A stretch of 64,000 nucleotides of DNA, from positions 172,346-236,345 of the forward strand of contig JAQGDQ010000356.1 of assembly GCA_030141605.1 (NCBI GenBank). Direction: 5' to 3'. Origin of the DNA: Tubiluchus corallicola. Taxonomy: Eukaryota > Animalia > Priapulida. Every line of letters starts with the position of its first letter. Positions within the stretch are counted from its first letter, which is position 1. Made by a program: the position numbers and the translations under genes. The notes beneath the pieces are model-generated. The model saw nothing but the letters and a program-made list of their open reading frames with translations. It was not told where the DNA came from and ran no database searches. Positions 49,774-63,169 of the stretch are shown one piece after another.

Positions 49774-50206
49774 TTAAAGGAAGACAGGATGATTTTTCAT
49801 ATCCTACCCCATTTTCAAGTCCGATAAAGAATAATATATTAAAAATTTAATTAACAGCGGGCGAGCCCAACTATTGATGGCATCACAAACTAACATGATT
49901 TTCAACAGCAAAAATATTCCACGAGCATGTTGCACGTGTTTGCGTAAGCAAAAATTGAAGTACAGTTTTACTATAAGATATACTTTGCAAGTTTTAAGAT
50001 AAAAATTTAAAATTTATTGAACAATGCATTTTCGAAATGCAGGTGCTAGTGCCCGTCTAACTAGCAAATGACGAAATGCATGTAACAGTGAAGAACTAGT
50101 AGCGCGAATGCGAAATTGTGTTTGTGTGGTTTCACGCAAATCATTTTTGAAAAAAAGTATGTTTGCTTTTAATATTTTAAAGAGTAGATTGTTTTGACCT
50201 ACAGTT
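49774..50206. mobile_element. Probable Kolobok-like remnant related to family D
   Basis: TTAA|AGGAAGAC start; gtgtttgcgtaagcaa is the inverse of ttgcttacgcaaacat at ~28435. Confidence 0.4.
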
Positions 50207-50224
50207 TAAGAATGGGTTCGGTTT

Positions 50225-50656
50225 TGCTTCAACAGTCACAGTTTTAAATTTTCATGAATATAAATCTTGGACTGTGGATGCTTCAACAGTCACAGTTTTA
50301 AATTTTCATGAATATAAATCTTGGACTGTGATGCTTCAACATCACAGTTTTAAATTTTCATGAATATAAATCTTGGACTTGGATGCTTCAACAGTCACAG
50401 TTTTAAATTTTCATGAATATAAATCTTGGACTGTGGATGCTTCAACAGCCACAGTTTTAAATTTTCATGAATATAAATCTTGGACTGTGGATACTTCAAC
50501 AGTCACAGTTTTAAATTTTCATGAATATAAATCTTGGACTGTGGATGCTTCAACAATCACAGTTTTAAATTTTCATGAATATAAATCTTGGACTGTGGAT
50601 GCTTCAACAGTCACAGTTTTAAATTTTCATGAATATAAATCTTGGACTGTGGATGC
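50225..50656. repeat. 54-bp x8 tandem repeat
   Basis: gcttcaacagtcacagttttaaattttcatgaatataaatcttggactgtggat. Confidence 0.95.
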
Positions 50657-51038
50657 GGTGCGAAGAAGTTATTCGAGACCAAATTCAGTTTCTGCTCTAA
50701 ACAAGATTTGTGAGAGAATCTTTTGGTCTTGTTGACACTTAAACTCTATTTCTCCTTAAGAAGTAGATAGGCCCATCTCAAAATTAGGCATGTGTGCGAG
50801 AGAAAGCGTACAATTTAACACAAGACAACCATATTATACAGAATGAGTAGCTGTTTGAACTCTCAAACCTGGCAATGTGATACCACAGGCACTGTGAAAA
50901 CAATACCGTACACAGCACAGCAGCCATTCATTGTTTAACACACATTTGAGACACACCTGGGAATAACAAGGCTTCTCTAAGCCTTCTGTGTAAGTTTGAA
51001 GGCACAGTCTGTATTACACTTGTGGAACTTAAACATTG

Positions 51039-51428
51039 CAGCTCTCATCCACATGCGGAGGGATCGTGGATGGCAATTCTGTAGGCCATACAAATACACT
51101 GTGTCCAGCTATTTAGACCAGCTCTCATCCACATATGGAGGGATCGTGGATAACAATTCTGTAGGTGCCCTTGCAAATCCACTGTGCCAGGTATTTAGAC
51201 CAGCTCTCATCCACATGCGGAGGGATCGTGGATGGCAATTCCACTGTGCCAGGTATTTAGACCAGCTCTCATTCACATATGGAGGGATCGTGGATAACAA
51301 TTCTGTAGGTGCTCGTACAAATCCACTGTGCCAGGTATTTAGACCAGCTCTCATCCACATATGGAGGGATCGTGGATAACAATTCTGTAGGTGCCCTTGC
51401 AAATCCACTGTGCCAGGTATTTAGACCA
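51039..51428. repeat. ~82-bp x5 tandem repeat (one unit shortened)
   Basis: cagctctcatccacat..ggagggatcgtggat..caattctgtagg...ccactgtgccaggtatttagac. Confidence 0.92.
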
Positions 51429-51662
51429 AACAAGACCTCAAGACCTTTATTTGATCAGTAGATTACTCCCAGCTTGTTAAGGACAAAAACAACTAAACCA
51501 ATTCATGTTGTTTATTTTGTACGAGGATGAAGTAAACAAGAATTGTCGAGAAACAAAAATCAATCGTTGCATTTTGTGTCTACATGATGAACTAAGTGCT
51601 CTACTGCACTTACACACTTCAGAGGTTTCTAATGCCTGTTTTAAAAGCGTAAAACTCAAACC

Positions 51663-52295
51663 TTAAAGGAAAGAATAAGTCACTCAGTGTGTTGGGTTTG
51701 TTTTACTGTTATCACTTAAACTTAGAAAAATATAACAAACAGATTTGCAAAGAAGTAAATATAACAAACGAATTTGCAAAGAAGTAAATATAACAAACAA
51801 ATTTGTAAAGAACTAAATATAACAAACAAATTTGCAAAGAACAAATTTGCAAATTTGCATCTATTTTGCATGTATTTAAAATATTCTACCTCTGAACAGA
51901 AATTTTCAGGCGTGGTGGTTGCCGCCATTCACTTGAAAATCATGACGTAACTGGGAGACTTCATGACTTTTTCGTAAGAGTCTCGTGGCTTAAACTAATT
52001 CAAACTTCTGCAGCTTACCTAATATTTACGCAAAAACATTAAATCTACTTTTTTGGTAAAAACTAATTATACTTTTGATGAAGACTGACAGTGCGCTACT
52101 TTTCTTCAAGATGAATGACGTCATTGGAAGAAGAATGAGCATTGAAAATGTGAGTGTCAAAGCATGATCACGACTTTAAAATGATTTTATTAGTTACACG
52201 AGGTGCTTATAGAAGTTTTATTACTAAATCCTTCTAATATTTTTCGTGAAAATTGAAATAAACCTGACCTCCTAGAAAGCTTGATCTTTCCTTTA
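51663..52295 (-). mobile_element. Kolobok-like family A, inverted, with an internal ~29-bp x4 expansion; ends ~30 bp from an exon donor
   Basis: TTAA|AGGAAAGAATAAGTCACTCAG...agcttgatctttccttta; aaatataacaaac..atttgcaaagaa repeats at 51728-51852. Confidence 0.82.
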
Positions 52296-52323
52296 TAATA
52301 CATATAACATTTTCTTAAACTCA

Positions 52324-52428
<105 letters not shown>

Positions 52429-52476
52429 CTACAAACGTTAATACACACGTGTATTACAGAAATGAACATAAGACAA

Positions 52477-52566
52477 ATTAGGATTAGGATTAGGGTTGTA
52501 AGTAGGGTTAGAGTTGGGATTAGGGTTAGGATTGGTGTTAGGGTTACAGTTAGGGTAGGTTAGGGT
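52477..52566 (+). repeat. Degenerate TTAGGG-like interstitial repeat
   Basis: ttaggattagggtt..tagggttagagttgggattagggttagg..ttagggttacagttagggtaggttagggt. Confidence 0.75.
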
Positions 52567-53007
52567 ATTCAAACTGTGTTGGAAATTGTAAACTCCATCC
52601 CAAACTTTTTAGTGGAATCGGATTAGATATCGGAATTGTTAAAAATTTTGGTATCTTGTCATCACTACTACTAGTTTTGTAAGATCACTGAGAACATCTT
52701 CCATGGAAATAGTGATCTTCTGTAGAAGTCAAATTATTTTTATAAAAGATATGTTTTACAAGAATTTGACACGACAGAAAAATACTCTATAATCTTTAAT
52801 AGCACTTAAAATACTAACATACATCTAAGTGTCTCGAAATTTTTTTTTAAAACTTAACAAATTTGTTTACTTAAAACTGTACATGTCTCTGCAATTTCTT
52901 CTGTTACAACCTCGTTTATTTTGAAAAGTTAAATTCTATTCTGTTGCAGTTTCGGTTTGTGCCTGTGTATCAATGTGTTATTTATTCCTCTTTTTCGCTT
53001 CATTTAT

Positions 53008-53053
53008 AGTTTAATAATGGCTTCAATAGCCGAAACGATCGTTGCTCAATAAA
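53008..53053 (+). mobile_element. Decayed Penelope-type minimal hammerhead ribozyme plus AATAAA (pseudo-LTR remnant)
   Basis: agt-TTAATAAT-ggct tcaat agcc-GAAAC-gatcgtt-gct-c-AATAAA. Confidence 0.55.
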
Positions 53054-53830
53054 CATGGTGATAGCAAAAATCATAAGACGAATTCACGGATCGTGACGTT
53101 TATATTTCGAAACACATCAGAGGTGGAGTAAATGAATCCTAGAAATGCTACTAGAATAATGAATAAGCCACCAGTGGGTGATTTATTCTATGTCCAAAAA
53201 TTCAGTAGATGGGCTTGTAACATGACTATATCAATCAAATTATTATTCATGTGCATACTTCTTTGATATTAATGTTTCTGCTTTTTATTTTTTTATAAGA
53301 AAGAATGAATCTTGTATTCTTGCAGCCATCCATGAAATCCGTCTATGACTTTTGATATGTTGATATTTTTGCAATATATTTATTATTATGTTTACTTTCT
53401 TCGTAGCTTAGTTTCAATCAATCAATCAATTTATTATTTTACAATTTCAATACTCAAGTGTACGTGATTACAATATTTATTACTATATAGATTTGTATCA
53501 TAGCAAGAAGCCAACTGGTCACACTAATCAAGAATGCATCATATAATATTTACTATTTAAATAGCACTTAACAGTATAGACTGTACGTCAGCAAGGAACA
53601 CTGTGTCAGCATGCTGTAGTGAGCGTGACGTCAAACCTCCACCAAGCAAAGCTGACTGGCTTCAGATTAACTGAGCTTGAAGCCAATATAAACAGATTCC
53701 TTGCTTAAATTAAATTCCTCCAGAGAAACATTGGATGATGTACTATAATGACAGCAGTAAAGTGGAGAAGAGAATGTACCACAACGAAGATGACGTAAAC
53801 AAATTATATTTAACTAAAATCTTTGGTACG

Positions 53831-54032
53831 TGGGGCTCGTGGATGAGTGGTTAGACGTGTGCTCTATGTGAGTGGACGCTTAGGTTCAATACTCGCTCGG
53901 CGTGGTATCATTTGCTGTTTACCTAACAGACGAAGAATGTATAACACCTCTGTTGGCTCAGTGGTTTGCCTTAACGAAAGGACCTTGATAATGAGCCAGG
54001 CTCCAACAATGCCTAGACATTAAGTACTACCT
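53831..54032 (+). mobile_element. tRNA-derived SINE
   Basis: A box tggatgagtgg, B box ggttcaatact; body cctctgttggctcagt...gataatgagccagg. Confidence 0.6.
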
Positions 54033-54034
54033 TT

Positions 54035-54806
54035 CAGTGTTTGCAATGCACCATTCAAGTTTGCAATGCTCGCATGACAGTGAATCATTCTCTGCCGAAT
54101 TCAGGCTTGCAATGCACCCATGACAGTGAATCATTCATTCACTGCTGAATTCAGGCTTGCAATGCACCCATGACAGTAAATCATTCACTGCTGAATTCAG
54201 GCTTGCAATGCACCCATGACAGTGAATTATACAGTGACGGATTCAGGCTTGCAATGCACCAATGACAGTGAATTATACAGTGATGGATTCAGGCTTGCAA
54301 TGCACCCGTGAAAGTGAATTATACAGTGATGGATTCAGGCTTGCAATGCACCCACGACAGTGAATTATTCACTGCACCCATGGCAGTGAATCGTGCAGTG
54401 ATGGATTCAGGCTCACAATGCAACAATGACAGTGAATTATGCACCCATGACAGTGAATTATTCACTGCACCCATGGCAGTGAATCATGCAGTGATGGATT
54501 CAGGCTCACAATGCAACAATGACAGTGAATTATTCTCTGCCGGATTCAGGCTTGCAATGCACCCATGACAGTGAATTATGCAGCGATGGATTCAGGCTTG
54601 CAATGCACCCATGACAGTGAATTATATAGTGATGGATTCAGGCTTGGAATGCACTCAAGACAGTGAGTTATACAGTGCTAGATTCAGGCTTGCAATGCAC
54701 ACAAGACAGTGAATTATACAGTGCTAGATTCAGGCTTGCAATGCACACAAGGCTGAATTATACAGTGCTAGATTCAGGCTTGCAATGCAACCAAGACACA
54801 GAATTA
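54035..54806. repeat. Irregular ~46-bp minisatellite
   Basis: tcaggcttgcaatgcacccatgacagtgaattatacagtgatggat. Confidence 0.93.
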
Positions 54807-55374
54807 AACAAATAACAAATAACTTTCAAGTCGTCAGTTACGACACGTTATTTTATCTTTATCAAAATGTCAGTATTCAGCAGCCACGATATTTCTAATC
54901 CTATTTTTCTTTTTAAAAAGCTTTAGAAAGAGAAAAATAGTGGCTTCCCAGTACGAACACAAAGCTACAGATTGTATTTACGTTGCGCAATACGACCAGG
55001 GTATCTTCTTAAAGGGTAATAAACAGTCAGTTAGCCTGTTTGTCTAGTTCATTAAGCGGCCATGTAATCGTAGATTGGGAACAAATCAATGTTCATTACA
55101 CAGAGTCTTACTGTATGTACGTCAGACGAACCTCTAATCACGGCGGAATTATGACCTTTTGGGGCCCCTAGGCTAATGAAATGATGGGTGGAACCACCTT
55201 CTAACTCGCCCGCACTCGTCTTGAATATTTTTACTCGTGATGTGTTTAGCGACATTTACATTACTTGAAGTAAACGTATAGCAAATTCTTTATTTAAATT
55301 AAAAGCACGTATTTTAACACAACCGTAGCAAAAAGCACATTTTATTACCAAATGTTAGCAAGGCTCGAGTGGCT

Positions 55375-55932
55375 CTAGGCTGCAGGCTATACTAGCCCAG
55401 ACTTTTTAACAACTGTTACAAAAGGTCAAGAAACCTAAGCTGCAGCCTATACTAGTCCAGACTTTTTAACAACTGTTACAAAAGGTCGAGAAACCTAGGC
55501 TGCAGCCTATCCAGCCCAGACTTTTTAACAACTGTTACAAAAGGTCAAGAAACCTAAGCTGCAGCCTATACTAGACCAGACTTTTTACCAACTGTTACAA
55601 AAGGTCGAGAAACCTAAGCTGCAGCCTATCCAGTCCAAACTTTTTACCAACGGTTACAAAAGGTCGAGAAACCTAAGCTGCAGCCTATACTAGCCCAGAC
55701 TTTTTACCAACTGTTACAAAAGGTCGAGGAACCTAAGCTGCAGCCTATACTAGCCCAGACTTTTTACCAACTGTTACAAAAGGTCGAGAAACCTAAGCTG
55801 CAGCCTATACTAGTCCAGACGTTTCACCAACTGTTACAAAAGGTCGAGAAACCTAAGCTGCAGCCGATACTAGTCCAAACTTTTTACCAACTGTTACAAA
55901 AGGTCGAGGAACCTAGGCTGCAGCCTATACTA
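55375..55932. repeat. 60-bp x ~9 tandem repeat
   Basis: cta(a/g)gctgcagcctatactagcccagactttttaccaactgttacaaaaggtcgagaaac. Confidence 0.95.
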
Positions 55933-56664
55933 ACTTATATAATAACCAGACCCTGCTTCTAATCACTCACACACCAACTAAGTGCTACGTCTAAACGCTA
56001 CAATTTTTAGCTGGCGTAATTCACTCAATACAAAATACCCAGCACACACATAACCACTCTCTCAAGGGAAGCCGTTAACACGATGTAAATGATAAATTAA
56101 TGACAGCCCAGCCATTTCACAACTCGATCTCTCTAGTTTTCCACCCAACTCACACTTTAATACTGTATCAATAATTAAGCACAGCAACACTCAAACTCTC
56201 TGTTCAGCAATAGCTAACATAATTTGCTATAGGGCACTCGAACAGTTAAACAGAAACTGTGACGTATGATGATTTTACCCCCCCCCCTCCTTAAATGGCC
56301 TGCTTCACGAACAATTATTGATACTACTGAAATATGTATTACACGATATATGCAAGACACAGCTTCTATTAGGTCTAATATTAACCAGTGACAGTAGGGC
56401 CAATAGAATCTATTCAAATATGACGGTGACACCTCCACCAGTTCAGTGCCTCATCTTATAAGCATAGACTTGATGAAAAACATTCCAGTTTTGCCACAAA
56501 CACCCAAACTGATTAGACGTGCTGGTTGAATGATGCAGTCCCACTTGCACATTAATGCACAATGATGAAATGCATAAAAATGCCAATAGATTTTTTCATG
56601 TCTCCTCATCTATTCTAACACTTTAGTTAGACAAAGCTAAACATGTCATTTACATGCTGTCTTA

Positions 56665-57068
56665 TTGTGCACAGCGCTCTATAAAACTCCCGCAATGACG
56701 ACCATTAGGCGCAGCCATTTTAAGTGTAAGTCGTTTGAAACAAGTTTAAATAACATTGTGTAAACTTTGAAAAAATAAACAGAGCATTCGTGGCGCACTC
56801 TTTGCTAATTAAACAAAAGTGAAAATTTCTTTACATTGTCAACGAGTTCAATGTGTTTTTGGTGAGCCAGTGGTGCACACTGGAAATGTGACACAGTGAC
56901 ATTTTATGAGCTATGAGCTAAATTAGCAAATAATTTTCTTTTCTAGTGACACAAGTCTTTCAACCAGATCAGCATGATTGTAACTAATGTTGGGTGGACT
57001 AATTGTAGCTAACTGGGTGGAAAATTTTTTGGGCAGTATCTTAAAACTGTCTTTTCTTCCCCTTTAAA
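56665..57068 (+). mobile_element. Diverged family C Kolobok-like copy
   Basis: ctcccgcaatgac..ccattaggcgcagccatttt..gaaacaagttta; tttttggtgagccagtggtgcacactgg; ends ccctttaa. Confidence 0.55.
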
Positions 57069-57460
57069 AAATCTAAAGTCTCCCCCAAACCTGATATATG
57101 TAAGATTATGCGCAAATATTCAAAGTAATAGTACTAACTCACTAAAAATACAATCTTAGTTTAAGCAGCAGAATTACTTGCATTTTGCATCAGAAATCAC
57201 GCATTTGTTTTATTCCCCGGTCTGAAATGAAATCTCTTTCCACGATTTCCTTTTATAACTTCAACAGTTAGATAACGAGGGAGCACGTGCTGCAGAAAAT
57301 ATCGGTAAAATCAATTCAACAATATCGCAATATCTCAGCCACCGTAACTACTGCTTCTGGTATGTAACATCAGATTAACAGGAAATTTCTAAATTTCTGC
57401 CTGAGATCATGAGATGATTCGCAATAACACGAAATCTTTACCGTCTGCAATATGTACGTG

Positions 57461-58857
57461 GGCTTATTAAATTTAAAAGTTATAACCACACATATTTACG
57501 AACTAATATGTTACATGCTACACAAAGTCAAGAAACATATGTTACATGCTACACGTGCTACACAAAGTCAAGAAATATATGTTACATGCTACACGTACTA
57601 CACAAAGTCAAGAAATATATGTTACATGCTACACGTACTACGCAAAGTCAAGAAACATATGTTACATGCTACACGTGCTACACAAAGTCAAGAAACATAT
57701 GTTACATGCTACACGTACTACGCAAAGTCAAGAAATATATGTTACATGCTACACGGGCTACACAAAGTCAAGAAACATATGTTACATGCTACACGTACTA
57801 CACAAAGTCAAGAAACATATGTTACATGCTACACGTACTACACAAAGTCAAGAAATATATGTTACATGCTACACGTACTACACAAAGTCAAGAAATATAT
57901 GTTACATGCTACACGTACTACACAAAGTCAAGAAATATATGTTACATGCTACACGTACTACGCAAAGTCAAGAAACATATGTTACATGCTACACGTGCTA
58001 CACAAAGTCAAGAAACATATGTTACATGCTACACATACTACGCAAAGTCAAGAAATATATGTTACATGCTACACGTGCTACACAAAGTCAAGAAACATAT
58101 GTTACATGCTACACGTACTACACAAAGTCAAGAAACATATGTTACATGCTACACGTACTACACAAAGTCAAGAAACATATGTTACATGCTACACGTACTA
58201 CGCAAAGTCAAGAAACATATGTTACATGCTACACGTACTACACAAACTCAAGAAATATATGTTACATGCTACACGTACTACGCAAAGTCAAGAAATATAT
58301 GTTACATGCTACACGTGCTACACAAAGTCAAGAAACATATGTTACATGCTACACGTGCTACACAAAGTCAAGAAACATATGTTACATGCTACACGTGCTA
58401 CACAAAGTCAAGAAACATATGTTACATGCTACACGTACTACACAAAGTCAAGAAATATATGTTACATGCTACACGTACTACACAAAGTCAAGAAATATAT
58501 GTTACATGCTACACGTACTACGCAAAGTCAAGAAACATATGTTACATGCTACATGTACTACACAAACTCAAGAAACATATGTTACATGCTACACGTACTA
58601 CACAAAGTCAAGAAACATATGTTACATGCTACACGTACTACACAAAGTCAAGAAACATATGTTACATGCTACACGTGCTGCACAAAGTCAAGAAACATAT
58701 GTTACATGCTACACAAAGTCAAGAAACATATGTTACATGCTACACATGCTACACAAAGTCAAGAAACATATGTTACATGCTACACGTGCTACACAAAATC
58801 AAGAAACATATTAGTTCGTAAACATGTGTGGCTGTAAATTTCAAACTTAATAAAGCC
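57461..58857. mobile_element. Foldback element: inverted arms enclosing a minisatellite
   Basis: Left arm 57461-57512 and right arm 58805-58857 are reverse complements (inner 27 bp match at 26). Confidence 0.75.
57506..58811. repeat. Minisatellite, 40 bp x ~33 (two 30-bp units)
   Basis: atatgttacatgctacacgtactacacaaagtcaagaaac. Confidence 0.98.
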
Positions 58858-60462
58858 ATATTCTTATACCACAGCGAAAAGATTTTGTTCATTAAAGAAC
58901 CTCACAATCAATAATGCGCGAACATTCTACGTTAGATTCTGGCAATTTCTCTACTTTACTTTATTAATACAGTGATAAAGGCTGAACTGCTTTTTCAGTT
59001 TAACGATAGTAATGCGCAGACAGCTAGACCCAAATGACCTTGGTAAAATAACTACAGTTACACAATAAAAAAAAACAAGTTTTGAGTTCAACTTTTTTAA
59101 GTGAAAACGAGTATTCGCAACGCAGCTCTACGGAGAATACATTTTAATTTTATCACTGCAGTCTGTATGCAAAGAAAGGCAAAGTTTTGCATTACTAAAT
59201 CAAGTCAAAATAATCATCGAACATCAAATAACAGTCAATCAAACTATTCGACAATACTTTTAACAATACAATGACAATAACAATGACAATACAATGACAA
59301 ATTGCCTTTAAACTGCCTACTATGTATCCTCCTAAAATCTACTATGTGAAAATGCGTTTTGTCATTTCAGTAAGTAATAGTGACTCAGAAAGAATCCTCA
59401 GTACAGGGTAACGCCAGCAGAATAATTCATCCTAGGCGAGGTTCATTAACCCTTGACACTGTCAGCGTTAAGCCTTGCCACTGAATACTAAAAACCTTTG
59501 GAATTTCAAATGCTCATTTTAAAACCATTATAAATTTACAGTGGGACTTCACTCAGTACAGAACAGATTGTCGGTTAAGTAAAATTTATCATTATTTTTT
59601 TCGTTGTTTTTTGCTGTAGAGATTCAATACCACACGCAAGGCAGGGCAACAGCAGGCACCTTTGGTCACTTTATTACTTGCGGGTCACGGGTGTGGGTCA
59701 GATTCAGTCCAAGTCACTGCATCGGTTGGTCAATGGTCAAGTGGGAGAAGGGTCACATATCTTGACCCATTTCCAGCTCTGTGTACAAATCACATTAGAA
59801 TCTAACCACCAGCCATTCAAAAACCCTCGCAGTCGATAATTGCGGGACCAGTCCAACGCCACAATCATCGATTCTGCAGCAAATTGGTCAAGACAGCGGA
59901 CTAATAACCGAACGAGGACGATGGTCAAGTCGGCTCGGATTAACAACTAAACTAGGACGTGTAGGAATTAGTTACGACCGATGACTACGCACTAAGGAAT
60001 GCATCTACGCAAGAAACCACGCCCAGTTTGGCAGGTAGAAAGATTAGTTGAAGAGATTAAGTCATCGCAACAACGTAAGCACAAATATTCAGCATTGGCT
60101 GTGATTCTTCATGTAACAAGTGGATTTATGCAAGTTTATATTCAGCTAAATAATATCAAGGGAGTGCTAATTTCAAGCTGGTAAATAAGATTATAGCAAT
60201 TAAATAACAGCACAAGCACCTGCGAATTCACGTAAACCTACATCTCCCTACATGCCATTCAGGAAGAAAATAGTAAAAACGTCAATTCCATAACCTAATG
60301 ACAGGTTCACACTAAAGAAAAGCTTACACTGAAATACACACTGGTGCAAAAAGGCAAAGCAACACAAAACCCTATTCTGTACACACTTTAATGTTTCAGA
60401 TAAAAATTTTAGCTTTAAACCTTTACTCTAAACATCAATTTTTAGACGTTCAATTCATATAC

Positions 60463-60660
60463 AACGAGCTACTGAACCAGCAGAGGTTCCTAAGCTATAA
60501 TCGTATGCGAATCCCCCTCAATGATGTAAAGAAACAGTAGGAATCACATTTGCAAATTCAACTGTCCTGAGTGAGTATTGAACCTGCAGCGCGACCAAAC
60601 TCGGCGCTACTTAACTTACGTCAGCAAGTATACATTTAACCACTCAGCTATTTCTACACC
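60463..60660 (-). mobile_element. tRNA-derived SINE, truncated
   Basis: Reverse complement: tagctgagtggtt (A box), ggttcaatactcactc (B box), aacctctgctggttcagtagctc body. Confidence 0.6.
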
Positions 60661-61833
60661 GCATATAATGCACTCATTTATGGCAGACCAAAATCAGAAT
60701 GAAACCGATAGTGAAATGTGTTTTCACTAGATTTTTCATGGTCAGAAATTTAACTATCCACTTGGACACGAGGCTTAGTAAAAAAAACATCCAGCGGGAA
60801 TATAAGTTATTGACAACCAGATCTAATAACAGTTTTACAAAAACTCAAAAATGATTTGTTTCCTTTACAAGTTTGTGTTCGTACATTAAAAAATACTTTG
60901 TGTGTGTTGTCGTAGTATTAATTAAATTATATTATGAAAATAACAATTGACCCAGTTTGCCAAAAAGCATAAAAATTTATTTGGACCAGTTTACACCCCG
61001 CAAAAATGTATGTTTTTATCTTTAACTAGTAAGCATTAAAAACAAGCATAAACAAACTGCTCTTACAGACACTGTGCACAGAGGGACAAATGTTATCTAC
61101 AAAGAAAAGGGGACGTTACCTACAAAGAGAAGGTCTAATCTGTATAGTTTGAGTTTGTCTTGAAATTTTGCATCATCACTTGCACATGCTGCACGCAGAG
61201 CTTGTCTGAACAGTAACTAACACTTGTGTCTAAACTCTCGCTGACAGTTAGACGTAGCTATTTTAAAGGTTACTCGTTGAATAAGAAATTGAACCAAGCT
61301 TAATATAACATTGCCATATAATATAACATATAATACATAAAGTATAAAAAACAACCAGAGCTTGCGTAACACACTCTTAACTAACTAAACAAAAGCAAAA
61401 ATTACTTTACCTTTACGTTTTTCGTTGTGCCAGTGGTGCATATTGGGATGGTGAAAGTGACATTTTACCAGTTGGCACCAACATTTTAAGTTATTTAAAA
61501 AACTTTTTCCAGTAGCATAAGTTTTTGAAGCAGGAAAGAGTAATGCTAAGTAATATAATTCATTGAAATTTAAAATCCCCCCCTCTTCCTGTTTAACTGT
61601 TAAATTTTTAAGCTTGTTGCTTGTAAAAATAATTCAATGTAACAAGTACAATTTAAACAAATGTTGTTTAAGATGTTGTTTAAAACAATCTAACGAATTT
61701 GTAGGACGTACAGCAACAAGTTGTTCGCGATATTAGAATCGGGACAGTTCTTCGCAGTTGGACAGCGGACAACATTCTTTCCAGTCCCGATTTCCCTTCA
61801 GTTCATATCAATCGAACATTCGCTGCGCATACA

Positions 61834-62073
61834 ACTTATTTGTCCATCCCAGTGACACACGTCTGATTACCTCAGCTCTAGTTGTCGTGTCCCAGTGATG
61901 CCGTCTAGGACACCCCATCTCCCCCCACGGTCACTACATGACCATGCGCATTCACTTGCCATGACTTATTTGTCCTTCCCAGTGCTACACGTCTGATTAC
62001 CTCAGCTCCAGTTGTCGTGTCCCAGTGATGCCCTCCAGGACACTCCATCTCCCCCACGGTCACTACATGACCA
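61834..62073. repeat. ~130-bp tandem duplication
   Basis: acttatttgtcc.tcccagtg..acacgtctgattacctcagctc.agttgtcgtgtcccagtgatgcc...cacggtcactacatgacca x2. Confidence 0.9.
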
Positions 62074-62998
62074 AACAAAAATTCAACCATCCTTTGCCTC
62101 AAATTATCATCATTGTTCGCCACACCAAATCTTATCCCTGCTTCGCACGGTCGTACACATACACCCATGCATCGTAGAAGTAGTGCAGTCTGTAATAAGG
62201 CTGAGACGGATAACTGTTTAACCGTTACTTAGCCAAGTTTTCTACGTATCCGTATTAATGAAACCTTGTATCTTTTCTGAGTTGGCATACACAGTTAGCT
62301 TACATAAAATTGTACTATTTACAACATTGTTTCAATTAATCTGGTTGTATAAGAAGCATCTAAATGGTAAATTATGAAAAGTTTTGCACTCGCGAATGTT
62401 ACGAGGATGCTGCCATGTTGGACACTCATGCTGCCACATAACAGATTTGAACTGCACCACTTACTCAGACAAGGAATGAATGAACCATTAATTTTAAAAA
62501 ATAGAAATGCGAAAGAAAACAGGCAAAATACAAATATATTTAACTAAAATGTGTGCGATTAGTATTTCGACATTTTTAAACACAAAATTCTACAAAAAAA
62601 TTTATTTTTGCTTGTTGAGACTCTGTTACATTAACTTCTCACGATGTAGTCGGATAAGATTACTTATCCGCCATGCAGCATGGCACGATTCGGAGGGGGT
62701 AATTGTGTCGTTGATACTTTCTTATACAATAAATCGAATTTTGCTGTTCAAGAACTTCTTTAAACATTCAAAAGGGTTCATAATTTATTCACGTTCTGAA
62801 GAAATACTAAGTTGAGTGCATTTCTATGATGATATAACGGGGTTAGAGTTGGGCAATTTCTTTATATTAGTTTGTCGTGTGTATCTGATATTTTGTTATA
62901 TGTATGACGTCATAGGGAAAGGTTTAAACGGTTAATTAAAAAACCTAACCGTAACAGCAGCTAGGACATTTCAGACAAAAGAAGAAGAATGAAAATTA

Positions 62999-63169
<171 letters not shown>

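Noticed and set aside
57452-58837. Three 420-460 aa ORFs in all plus frames
   Set aside because: The stop-free 40-bp unit cycles through all frames; this is a repeat artefact.
62651-62683. Adjacent hairpins cggataag-atta-cttatccg and ccatgc-a-gcatgg
   Set aside because: Too short to distinguish from chance, with no associated element ends or RNA motif.
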